A stretch of 64,000 nucleotides of DNA, from NCBI GenBank assembly GCA_946496575.1, contig CAMMHE010000004.1, positions 2,661 through 66,660 of the forward strand, in the 5' to 3' direction. This DNA is from an uncultured Clostridium sp. (GTDB taxonomy: Bacteria > Bacillota > Clostridia > TANB77 > CAG-508). This document shows, piece by piece, positions 31,030 through 40,149 of the stretch. Each line of letters starts with the position of its first letter. The stretch's first letter is position 1. A program made the translations under genes and the position numbers. The notes beneath the pieces were generated by a model. It was not told the origin of the DNA. It did no database searches and saw only the letters and a program-made list of their open reading frames with translations.

Positions 31030-32436
31030 TTAGTTTGTTCCAAATGACATTTCAAAATCTGTTCCATCATTTAATTTCATTATAATATTTAATACCCTTG
31101 ATTCTGAATTTGATCCACTTGCATCAGTAATTTTAATTTTATACACATATAGGTTTTGCTCTTTTGTAAGTTCTATATATTCTATTTCGTTTTTCTCAAA
31201 GAAATATGATTGTACATATTGTATAAATTCCTGCTTTGTTGGATATTTATTATCTCTAAAACTTTTCGAAAGTACACTATATGAATATCCATAGTTTTTA
31301 TCGTCTATTCCCATAAAAAACCTTTTTATATTCAAAACTATCTTTTCACTATTTGTAGAATTATTATAAGTTTCAATAAAATCATCTGTTGGAAGTGTGT
31401 ACGTGTCTAAAGTTACAGTATATCTCATTGCTGAAGTTACTTCAAATATATAATATTTACCTAAAGAATCTTTAAAAGTATATATTGTTACATCATCTTT
31501 GTACTGTTTAGAATATTCTTGCATATAATACTTTGTTTTTTCAGTTATATATTGTTCATATTCCTCATTACTTGAAAAATCACTTGGTTCTTTTACATTA
31601 CTTCTATCTAGTCCTTCAAATCTCTGATTATTGTTATTTATATACTCTTTAAAATCGCTATATTCCTGAAAGTTAATCTTTTTATAATCATTGTCTAAAA
31701 TTTTATATGCTTCTTCTGGCGTATTTACAATTTTCTTGATAAAATCTTGAAAATATGCTCTTGCAATATTATCTTTATCCAAATTTTGATAAGTAATTTT
31801 GTTAAAATCATTTGATTCAATAGAACTTATTCTTTGTGCATTAACTTCTAATCCTTTTTGTATTCCTTCATTATATTTTTCTTCGCTAATTGGACATATT
31901 GAAAATGTATTATTATTCCTATCTAAATTTATCAATAGCGTTTCACTTGTTCCATTATTAGATATTTTTACATAATATATTTCATACACTGTCGTTCCCA
32001 ATGCATACATTTCATTAATTTCATACTCCTCATAACTGGTCAACTTTGATAAAATATTTTGTTCATTAAGATTATTACTGTTAATATATTCTTTGTATAA
32101 TATATTATATATAGCATTTGAATTGGATTCTTTTAAATATTTATAATATATATTTATTATTTTATCAATCGTAAAATACATATTTTCTGATTTTACTTCA
32201 AGCATTTTTTCACCATTAATAATTTCAGAGGGATTATTTTCTAATGTATCAAAAAAATTAGTTCTTTCTTCATCATCATCTGATATTTGAGAATCTGAAT
32301 TTTTTCTTAAACCTAGTATAGCAAATATTACGATTCCAGCTAAAACTATTAAAATTATTAATAATGCTATTATCATTTTTTTTATATTTCTTTGCAAAAC
32401 ATCACCTTCTTTATTGTTTTGGTATAAGGTATCCAT
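31030..32436 (-). CDS. membrane-anchored hypothetical protein, last gene of the T4SS-like block
   Basis: N-terminal TM segment (MIIALLIILIVLAGIVIFAILGL), then a 420-aa Asn/Tyr/Glu-rich domain, presumed extracytoplasmic. No catalytic motif recognised. Confidence 0.65.
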   Translation of the reverse strand: MDTLYQNNKEGDVLQRNIKKMIIALLIILIVLAGIVIFAILGLRKNSDSQISDDDEERTNFFDTLENNPSEIINGEKMLEVKSENMYFTIDKIINIYYKYLKESNSNAIYNILYKEYINSNNLNEQNILSKLTSYEEYEINEMYALGTTVYEIYYVKISNNGTSETLLINLDRNNNTFSICPISEEKYNEGIQKGLEVNAQRISSIESNDFNKITYQNLDKDNIARAYFQDFIKKIVNTPEEAYKILDNDYKKINFQEYSDFKEYINNNNQRFEGLDRSNVKEPSDFSSNEEYEQYITEKTKYYMQEYSKQYKDDVTIYTFKDSLGKYYIFEVTSAMRYTVTLDTYTLPTDDFIETYNNSTNSEKIVLNIKRFFMGIDDKNYGYSYSVLSKSFRDNKYPTKQEFIQYVQSYFFEKNEIEYIELTKEQNLYVYKIKITDASGSNSESRVLNIIMKLNDGTDFEMSFGTN

Positions 32437-33109
32437 AAATGTCAGGATCTGTAACAGGATAGTTTATTATAGAAACTATATTATTTCTCCACCCATTTCC
32501 CCCTTGATTTCCTCCTATTGTTTTGATCATTCCATTTTCACAACTTACTACCATAGCCACATGATCTACTGTATAAGAGGAATTAGGATAACTGAAATAT
32601 ATTAGCCATCCTGGTTCAGGTTCTGTTCCTGGTGGTGCCCAATGTTCTTCTCCTAATGTCGCTTTAATTTCTGTTTCTAATAATACGGTTCTTGATGCCC
32701 CACCTATCGCATCAATTAAACCAACTGAATCATAACAGTATGATACAAACATTGCACACCAATCACTTGCTACAAATGATAATGGAGAATTTGTACCCCT
32801 TCCTCTTGATGCTACATAATTAAATAGTGTTGGGGGTGAAGCACTATGCTCTCGATCACTATCTAAATATATATCCCAACCAGTTTTTCCTTCCCACTGC
32901 AATGCAAATTCTACAACAGAAGATGCAGCTTCTTCATAAGTAAATAATTTTTCTTCTGCCGCTTCATCTGACGGATTTCTATTTCTTGCATAAGATGCGG
33001 GTATAGAAGAGGCATTAAAACCTATTTTTGATATGTCCTCTTGACTGTAAAACATATATCCATTTTGTTCTCTTGAAGCTCCTGCACTATTAGTTCCACC
33101 AAAGTTCAT
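32411..33109 (-). CDS. CHAP-domain peptidoglycan hydrolase module; probably the C-terminal part of the upstream 945-aa protein
   Basis: CHAP Cys (SDWCAMFVSYCY) and His (VDHVAMVV) motifs. The frame is open up to 33331 and overlaps the end of the 33162-35999 ORF by 170 nt. Only a weak independent start exists at 33109. Confidence 0.7.
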   Translation of the reverse strand: MNFGGTNSAGASREQNGYMFYSQEDISKIGFNASSIPASYARNRNPSDEAAEEKLFTYEEAASSVVEFALQWEGKTGWDIYLDSDREHSASPPTLFNYVASRGRGTNSPLSFVASDWCAMFVSYCYDSVGLIDAIGGASRTVLLETEIKATLGEEHWAPPGTEPEPGWLIYFSYPNSSYTVDHVAMVVSCENGMIKTIGGNQGGNGWRNNIVSIINYPVTDPDIYGYLIPKQ

Positions 33110-33161
33110 TGTTCCTTTAACATAAGTTTCAAAACTTGCATCTCTAGATTTTAACCATCCA

Positions 33162-35999
33162 CTATAATATCTTCCGGGCAGAATATCCTCCAGCCCATTT
33201 TGTACTCCACCAGTTTGTCCAAATATATCTATTAAATTCCCATGAATTTGGCTCAAATCCATTTGACTGTGCTTCTTCATATACTGTTTTAAATGGTTTA
33301 TAAGATGATGAATTTTCACTTGTAGCAACATAATCTAGATTACCTGTAGCATGAACAATATATGTTAAAGCAAATAATTGTTGTCTACTTAAATTTAGTC
33401 CTCCTGTTTCTAAAATTACCCTATCATAAAAGTACATAGCTATATCATTGGCAACCTTGTCAGCAGTTACTTTATCTATGTAAATTGTGTTTTGTTCAGA
33501 TGGCTCATAATCTGAATTCCATTTAGTATCTGCTCCTCCTAATAGTTCATTTACTTTAACTTGTACATCCACATTTTCATATACAATTCCACCTGTTCCA
33601 CCATATCTTACTGTTCCTAGTCCTAATTGCGTTCCATCGCTTAAATTAAATGTTGAAGAAAATCTATAATTATTAGATTTCCATTGAATATCTCCTGCCC
33701 CTACTGTTGGATTCCCTGCTGAATCATTATGGATTCTATAATAATCAATACCATCAAATGTATATACTGTATAGTCTCCTCCAAATTGAGCCAAATATTG
33801 ACCTATTGAAACTGCTCCATTAAATGATGCGTTCTTTAATTCTTGTGGTTCAAATGCTTCAAATAGTTTTTTTATTTCTTCTTCTGAAAAGTTACCAAAT
33901 TTATTTGAATTTGTAGCAAGATTTAATAAGTATCTCATTATATCTTCTAACTGTACTGTATTTTCGTTTTGTCTTAAATATTCCCACAACCACTCTGAAC
34001 GATTTAAAATAGCATTTTTTGATTCATTATATTTTTCATTTAAAAATATCTTTAAGAAATTTTCGCCTTCTTTTTCGATTTGTGTATTATCTCTTATATA
34101 TTGTGTAGAGCTTCTTGATGTTGAACTTTTTAAATTTACTTGCACATTTTTTTGTTGTGCAGTAGGCCATTGTGTATAAGTAATTTGTTCTTTAAGATCA
34201 CTTTCAAATTTTTGTTTTTTTATATTTGTATTTTGTGATTGCTGGTTTTGTAAAATACTACTTACATGATTATATACTATCCTTAAATCTGATTGAGTTC
34301 TTACATCATTTACAAGTTTTGAATCACTTACATATTCATCATTATGCCAATATGAACGATAATGATTATTTAAAGCTGTCTGACATTCAGCACATGGTGA
34401 TAAAGCATGATTTCTTATGTCAGACGCTGTCATTGCTATTGAATCTGCAACAATATTTGTGTTATTAATAATTTTTTCAATTGCTTCATCTTTCAAATTT
34501 TTTGAGTGTTCTTCTAATTTACTTCCTATTATACCATCAGATTGTAACAATCCACTTGCAAATGTAGATTGTGCTGATTCTAGACTAGATGATATTATTT
34601 TTTGCTCTCCATCATCTAATGTTTTATTGTTTGTAGATTCCCTATTATTTGTTTGCTTTTTATATGCAACTGTATATTTTGCAATCCATGTATCTGCTAA
34701 AGTTATACCTACTGTTGGTACAGAGTTTGAAACTATTGTAGTATCCAAATTTACTTTAAATATTGCAGAATCCGGTGTTTGATTTCCTAAATTGGTTATA
34801 ACTGAACCATCCTTTGCAGTAACATAAAGTTGATATAAATATCCATCATCACTATTCCCTTGTGTAATATCTACATTCTCTGTACCTGCATTTCGCATAT
34901 GTATTGCTCTATATTGATTATTTGACATTCGAATACTTCCAATACATGAAGTTGCGATTCCAGAATAATTTGAGCTATTTATGTTGATTTGAGGATTTGT
35001 ATTAAGATTATCAAAATTTAATCTTGTGTTTTCAGTAAATTGTATACTTTTATTATAAGAATAATTTTCGTTTGTAGTAGTTATAGTTTTATTGTCATAT
35101 ATTGCTATTTCTAATTTAGTGTTATATGCTAAATCTGCTATTTCTTTTACCATATTGTAATCTCTTGTTTGTATAAGTAATGATGCCAATAAATTAAAAG
35201 GAACTACATAGGGTTGTACTAATGTTTTATAATCTATTTTGTGTTTTGAGGCAGTATATGTAATAACAGAAAATGAGCCATCACCTGTTGCTGAATAAGT
35301 TTTTTGTGAATTTTGATTAACTACATCTAATGTTACTTCTGAATCATTTGTTGTTATTATCCTTGTTTCTTCTGTTCCATATGCTATTACTGCATTTTGT
35401 TCGTCATCTATTGTAAAATATTTAAATATTTCTTCATTGCCTGAAGACTTATAAAGATTAAATAAATTTTCAAATTCTTCTTGACTTATATATGTAATCT
35501 GACATTTTTTCTTATTTTCTTCATCTGCATTATTTTGTGCATTTTCTGCCTCTTCTTCGCTACTATATCTATAAAATTTTATTACTCCATTTAGTTTGTC
35601 TTCTGCTAAATTATCTATATATGGAAAACTTGTAACTGCTTCTGCATTTAAAAGATATTCTAATTTTTCTTCCTTTGTTTTGTCATCACTATCATCTATA
35701 TAATCTTCTAAACATTTTATATTATTTGCTATATCTTCTGCTGTCAAATCAATAACTTTCCCGCTTTCAGTGGTAGTTTGATGTATTATTCCGTTCGTTG
35801 GATCTATTTTTGCACTAGATGTGTATTTTTGACTTTCTTTTGACATTTCTTTTAAGTCGTCTTTAAATATATAGTATATAGAACCAATAATAGTTATTAT
35901 CAGTATAATTACTATGACTAAAGGTAATAATATCGTTGTTAAAAAAGATTTTAATACTTTTTTGGTGCTATTTTTTTTTCTATTTTCTTCTTTGCCCAT
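33162..35999 (-). CDS. membrane-anchored giant protein with a C-terminal lysozyme-like region (VirB1-type cell-wall hydrolase analog)
   Basis: N-terminal TM segment (LTTILLPLVIVIILIITIIGSIYYI). The C-terminal DSAGNPTVGAGD...LSRQQLFALTYIVHATGN resembles phage-type lysozyme motifs. The match is tentative and no catalytic Glu was identified. Confidence 0.7.
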   Translation of the reverse strand: MGKEENRKKNSTKKVLKSFLTTILLPLVIVIILIITIIGSIYYIFKDDLKEMSKESQKYTSSAKIDPTNGIIHQTTTESGKVIDLTAEDIANNIKCLEDYIDDSDDKTKEEKLEYLLNAEAVTSFPYIDNLAEDKLNGVIKFYRYSSEEEAENAQNNADEENKKKCQITYISQEEFENLFNLYKSSGNEEIFKYFTIDDEQNAVIAYGTEETRIITTNDSEVTLDVVNQNSQKTYSATGDGSFSVITYTASKHKIDYKTLVQPYVVPFNLLASLLIQTRDYNMVKEIADLAYNTKLEIAIYDNKTITTTNENYSYNKSIQFTENTRLNFDNLNTNPQININSSNYSGIATSCIGSIRMSNNQYRAIHMRNAGTENVDITQGNSDDGYLYQLYVTAKDGSVITNLGNQTPDSAIFKVNLDTTIVSNSVPTVGITLADTWIAKYTVAYKKQTNNRESTNNKTLDDGEQKIISSSLESAQSTFASGLLQSDGIIGSKLEEHSKNLKDEAIEKIINNTNIVADSIAMTASDIRNHALSPCAECQTALNNHYRSYWHNDEYVSDSKLVNDVRTQSDLRIVYNHVSSILQNQQSQNTNIKKQKFESDLKEQITYTQWPTAQQKNVQVNLKSSTSRSSTQYIRDNTQIEKEGENFLKIFLNEKYNESKNAILNRSEWLWEYLRQNENTVQLEDIMRYLLNLATNSNKFGNFSEEEIKKLFEAFEPQELKNASFNGAVSIGQYLAQFGGDYTVYTFDGIDYYRIHNDSAGNPTVGAGDIQWKSNNYRFSSTFNLSDGTQLGLGTVRYGGTGGIVYENVDVQVKVNELLGGADTKWNSDYEPSEQNTIYIDKVTADKVANDIAMYFYDRVILETGGLNLSRQQLFALTYIVHATGNLDYVATSENSSSYKPFKTVYEEAQSNGFEPNSWEFNRYIWTNWWSTKWAGGYSARKIL

Positions 36000-36030
36000 T
36001 TATTCACCATCTTTCTAGAACTATATATGT

Positions 36031-36996
36031 TTACAGATTTATTACAAATTTATAGATTAGATTGAATTTTGTTTTATCTTCTATTGATATATAACTATCA
36101 TAATCTAATATTAGATTACTAAAATTTATACTTCTAATGTTTCTTCTTGTTGAATACTGATTTGAAAATTTTACAGCAAATTCAGTTATGTGTTTTTCTC
36201 TTATTAATATATCGCTTTCAAGAATTTCATGCATTTGTGCTTTATATTTGTTTTGATTGCTATCCAATAAATAAATTGTTCCTGTGCTTTCTAAAGAATC
36301 TAATTTTATAGTTTTATTGGTATTATTCTCTACTTTAAAACTATATATCTCATAATCTATATATATTTGTTTTTCTATGACTGTTATAGTTATATCTTCT
36401 TGACTTGATTTTTTATTTATTTCCTTTTTTCCTATGTAATTATTTATATTTAATTTTGATTCATTCCCTTGATCTACAATTGTTATATACTCTATATTTT
36501 TTACATTATCATTAATATTTCCTGTTGCTAACATATCTTCTGATAAATCTATTCTATAAGTTTTTCCTTGCCATAATTGAATCTTATAAGTTTGATTTTT
36601 ATTAAACTTGGGATTTACATACTCTTTTGTGAATTGTTCTAGTGTTTTAAACCCTACTTCTTTGCAATCGTCAGAAAGCATATTATACGCTTCTTCTACG
36701 TTCTGGTCTCTACAATATTCAATAAATTTACTAATGGTTTTATTTACCTCACTTGCTTTTTCTGCTGATAAATTTTCTCCAGATATTGCTGTAGTATTTG
36801 ATATATATATATTAGTTGCATTATTATCGTACAAATTATTATTTGATGTATTTATTGAATTATCAATGTCTATAGTAGATTTATTGGTAATAAAAAGATT
36901 TATTATATATATTATTATTAGAATAAAGGCTATGATTAACAATACCTTTAAAATTTTTTCTTTATTTTGATAATACCAATGTATTAAATTATTCAT
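36031..36996 (-). CDS. membrane-anchored hypothetical protein (possible VirB8/TcpC-type analog)
   Basis: N-terminal TM segment (VLLIIAFILIIIYIINLFI), then a soluble domain. It sits between the VirB6-like and hydrolase genes. Function is inferred from position only. Confidence 0.6.
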   Translation of the reverse strand: MNNLIHWYYQNKEKILKVLLIIAFILIIIYIINLFITNKSTIDIDNSINTSNNNLYDNNATNIYISNTTAISGENLSAEKASEVNKTISKFIEYCRDQNVEEAYNMLSDDCKEVGFKTLEQFTKEYVNPKFNKNQTYKIQLWQGKTYRIDLSEDMLATGNINDNVKNIEYITIVDQGNESKLNINNYIGKKEINKKSSQEDITITVIEKQIYIDYEIYSFKVENNTNKTIKLDSLESTGTIYLLDSNQNKYKAQMHEILESDILIREKHITEFAVKFSNQYSTRRNIRSINFSNLILDYDSYISIEDKTKFNLIYKFVINL

Positions 36997-37015
36997 CTAT
37001 AGCCTCCTTCTAATT

Positions 37016-40000
37016 TTAAAACTTCTTAATATCAGATAACGCTTTGTTAAATTGTTCTGCTGCTTGCATAGCTTCTTCTGCATATTTTCTTGAATTTTGT
37101 GTATATCCTGCATTTTCGAATTCTTTATCCCATGTTTTTATATATTCTTCTTTGTCTTTTGAGGTCATATTTTTTACATCTGCTTGAAGTCTATCATTAT
37201 ATTTTTTTGCTGCAATTGCCTTTTCTATACTCATTCCTTCTTCTTGCATTCTATTAATTGCTGCTATATCTGCGGCATCTGTTATTCCAGAATCATAACA
37301 TGTACTACCCACATTAGATAATATATCTTGAACATCTTCTCTTGATCTTCCTGTCATTTTTCTCATATAGTTTATATTATCTTCATCCTTCATCCATTTT
37401 TCTTTCTCTTTCTCTTGTTGTACTTTTTTATAGTCATCTCCATAATATGCCATTTTTGTTTCATCTTTTAATTTTTCTCCATCAACTGTAAATGCATCAG
37501 TTGCCTTTCCAGCTAATCCTTTTCCAGCACCATATCCACCAGCTATACCTGCTGTTGTATATTGAAAGGCTTTAGATGCATCTCCAGACGCTACTCCTAC
37601 TGCTAATCCTGTCATTCCAAATGCAGTTGCACCTACTACTCCTGTTACTCCTCTTGCCAAACTACGTATTGGTTTTCCTTTCTTTATACGTTTTAATGCT
37701 TTCTTACCTAATCCTCTAGCATATGCTTTAGATGCTCCTTTTATTGCTCGTCCATATGCTTTTATTCGAGAATTTTTTATTGGTTTAGTTGCTACTTTAT
37801 TCATATTACTACTTGCTGAATAATTTTTATTTAAATTACTTGTAAATTTTAAGTCCTTTAAAGGATTATTTATTCCTGAAGTTGGTGTTGAGGTTGAAAT
37901 TGGTGTTATTGGTGATGTTTGATTATTCGTATTATTATCGTTGCTACCATTTGTAGTTTTTGGTGGTTGACCACCTATTCCTTTTCCTGTTGTTTTATCA
38001 TCAGAAGATCCTGCTATTGCATCCATTGCATTTACGCCATCTTTTTTTGAGAATTTTACTTTTGATGATTCATCCTTTGAACCTCCCTTTGAATCGTTAG
38101 AATCTCCCTTATTTTTCTGTCCCATTCTCATTAATTTTTGAAGTCCTGCCATTGCAAGTGCAGCTCCAGCTGCTCCACCCAACAATCCTGGAGTTTGTGC
38201 TTTAGTAAATCCAAAAAATCTTCTAACTAATTTTTCTGATGGTACTAAAAATCCAATTGCTACTATTGCATAAAGAGGATTATTTGCTGCTAATGTAAAT
38301 GCCATATTTATTAACATTACATATAGTAGTAAATGTAATGGTTGTATCAATAAGTTAAAAATGTATTCTTTTAGCCACATATTAAATGCTTGTGCTTTTC
38401 CATCATTTATTTTATCTATCGGATATGTCATCGCAACTAAAGGTGCTACTATTGTTAAAAATGCTAAATATAAAACCCTTTTTAAATATGTCCATGAGAA
38501 AAATAATGTATATAATACAAGTATTATATAGCAAAATGTATATCCTAACCATTTTGCTGTTCCTTCATTTATAGTCTGACTTTTTATTCTCATTTTTCCC
38601 ATTAAGTTTGTTCTCCAATTTAAGATTGATATTTCCTTTCCATCTACTTCACCTTTTTCAAGATATCCAAAAGAATTCAATGCTTGTGCAGTATTAGTTT
38701 CTGAAAGTGTCATTTCTCCATCTGCAGTTTCTTTATATGATTTTAATTGATTGTCACTTAATTCTATACTTTCTATTATTTCTTTTGAATCATCTATAGA
38801 AGCAATTAAATCAACTAATTTTTCTTCCAATGTTATTGCAAATATCATTATATAATGCATTATAAATATTAAACATATTGCAACACAACAATCTGTTAAT
38901 CTTTCTTTATATTTTGCTTTTTCTCCTGCCGTGCTTCCCATAACAATTCTTATTCCAACATATATAAGTATTAATAAAAGTGCTGCAATCGCTAAATTTC
39001 TTAATATGTAATACCATGAAGATATTACTCCACTTAATTGTTTTGCTGTTGAATCAATCGTCATTGTTTCCATAATTGGAATCGGTTTCATTGAGTCTAA
39101 TTCCATTAATATGACTATTTTATCATTAAATTCTCCATTTTCATATTCTGTAAGTCCTATTTCTATTGTAGACATTACTTGTCTTCTACCTACACCTGTA
39201 TATGAATTATCATATTGTTTTTTTGTTGTTAATGCTGCTTTTTGATATAATAGTTTATCACTATCTGATAAACTATTATATATAGTATCAAATATATTTT
39301 GAAGTTTTTCTTGAGTTTGATCTTCTATCATGTCTTCATCAATATTAGAATTTATCATTTCAAGAAATTCATCTATTGAGCTGTACTCTCTAATATATTC
39401 TCCACATATTCTTTCTGCAATAATTGATAATTCATAATCATTTTCAATAACTTCTCTTTCTGGCTCATCTATTAATATTTCCATATTTTGAATACCATCA
39501 CTATAGTCAATATCATCTTCCAAGTTTCCTTTATAGACTGTTAGTTTTTCAATAGCTTTATATTCAATATCTTCTATAACATCACGCGTTTCTGACTCTT
39601 TAGAATTAAAGAAATTAACATCAAATAATAATATTTTATTTGAGAATATTTCTTCTGGTGATAATGTAAAAGCTGGCATATATAAGTCATTATCAAACCA
39701 TGAATTAGATAATCTTTCTATTAGAAATGTAACTATACCATTACCTTTAGATTCTGTAACTATAGTAACTATACCAAGAGGTAGTGCTATTACAAAGCTA
39801 AATGTCAAAAATAATAGTCCTACTACTACTGTAACTGCTAATATTTTAAGAGCCTTTTCTCCAAAATTTTGCCACCAATTTGGAGACCCTTCTATTTTTA
39901 TTATTGAAATATCTTGGTATTGTACTGCTTTATGTAATAAATCCATAATTCCGTCACCAATAGCAGCTAATAATAATGTGATTGGTGTAACTAATACTCC

Positions 40001-40117
40001 TCCCCACACTTGATCTTCTGCATATACCTTATTTGACATTCCAAAATTTAGAATGGTTAAAAATATACAAATAGATGCAATTATTTTTACTAGTATTTTG
40101 TTTTTAAAAATAGCCAT
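37016..40117 (-). CDS. giant VirB6/TrbL-like polytopic membrane protein, paralog A (1033 aa, intact)
   Basis: Signal peptide (..NKVYA/EDQ), more than 8 TM segments, conserved core MTYPIDKINDGKAQAFNMWLKEYIFNLLIQPLHLLLY, a low-complexity S/T/N/G linker, Gly-rich TM pair and a ~180-aa C-terminal domain. Confidence 0.75.
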   Translation of the reverse strand: MAIFKNKILVKIIASICIFLTILNFGMSNKVYAEDQVWGGVLVTPITLLLAAIGDGIMDLLHKAVQYQDISIIKIEGSPNWWQNFGEKALKILAVTVVVGLLFLTFSFVIALPLGIVTIVTESKGNGIVTFLIERLSNSWFDNDLYMPAFTLSPEEIFSNKILLFDVNFFNSKESETRDVIEDIEYKAIEKLTVYKGNLEDDIDYSDGIQNMEILIDEPEREVIENDYELSIIAERICGEYIREYSSIDEFLEMINSNIDEDMIEDQTQEKLQNIFDTIYNSLSDSDKLLYQKAALTTKKQYDNSYTGVGRRQVMSTIEIGLTEYENGEFNDKIVILMELDSMKPIPIMETMTIDSTAKQLSGVISSWYYILRNLAIAALLLILIYVGIRIVMGSTAGEKAKYKERLTDCCVAICLIFIMHYIMIFAITLEEKLVDLIASIDDSKEIIESIELSDNQLKSYKETADGEMTLSETNTAQALNSFGYLEKGEVDGKEISILNWRTNLMGKMRIKSQTINEGTAKWLGYTFCYIILVLYTLFFSWTYLKRVLYLAFLTIVAPLVAMTYPIDKINDGKAQAFNMWLKEYIFNLLIQPLHLLLYVMLINMAFTLAANNPLYAIVAIGFLVPSEKLVRRFFGFTKAQTPGLLGGAAGAALAMAGLQKLMRMGQKNKGDSNDSKGGSKDESSKVKFSKKDGVNAMDAIAGSSDDKTTGKGIGGQPPKTTNGSNDNNTNNQTSPITPISTSTPTSGINNPLKDLKFTSNLNKNYSASSNMNKVATKPIKNSRIKAYGRAIKGASKAYARGLGKKALKRIKKGKPIRSLARGVTGVVGATAFGMTGLAVGVASGDASKAFQYTTAGIAGGYGAGKGLAGKATDAFTVDGEKLKDETKMAYYGDDYKKVQQEKEKEKWMKDEDNINYMRKMTGRSREDVQDILSNVGSTCYDSGITDAADIAAINRMQEEGMSIEKAIAAKKYNDRLQADVKNMTSKDKEEYIKTWDKEFENAGYTQNSRKYAEEAMQAAEQFNKALSDIKKF

Positions 40118-40149
40118 TTTCTTTCTCCTTGCTGTTATGTTTTATACAA

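Noticed and set aside
34226-36970. Plus-strand ORFs 34226-34468, 34417-34782 and 36608-36970
   Set aside because: They are antisense to the large hydrolase gene and the 321-aa gene of the T4SS-like block. They have no start context or motif.
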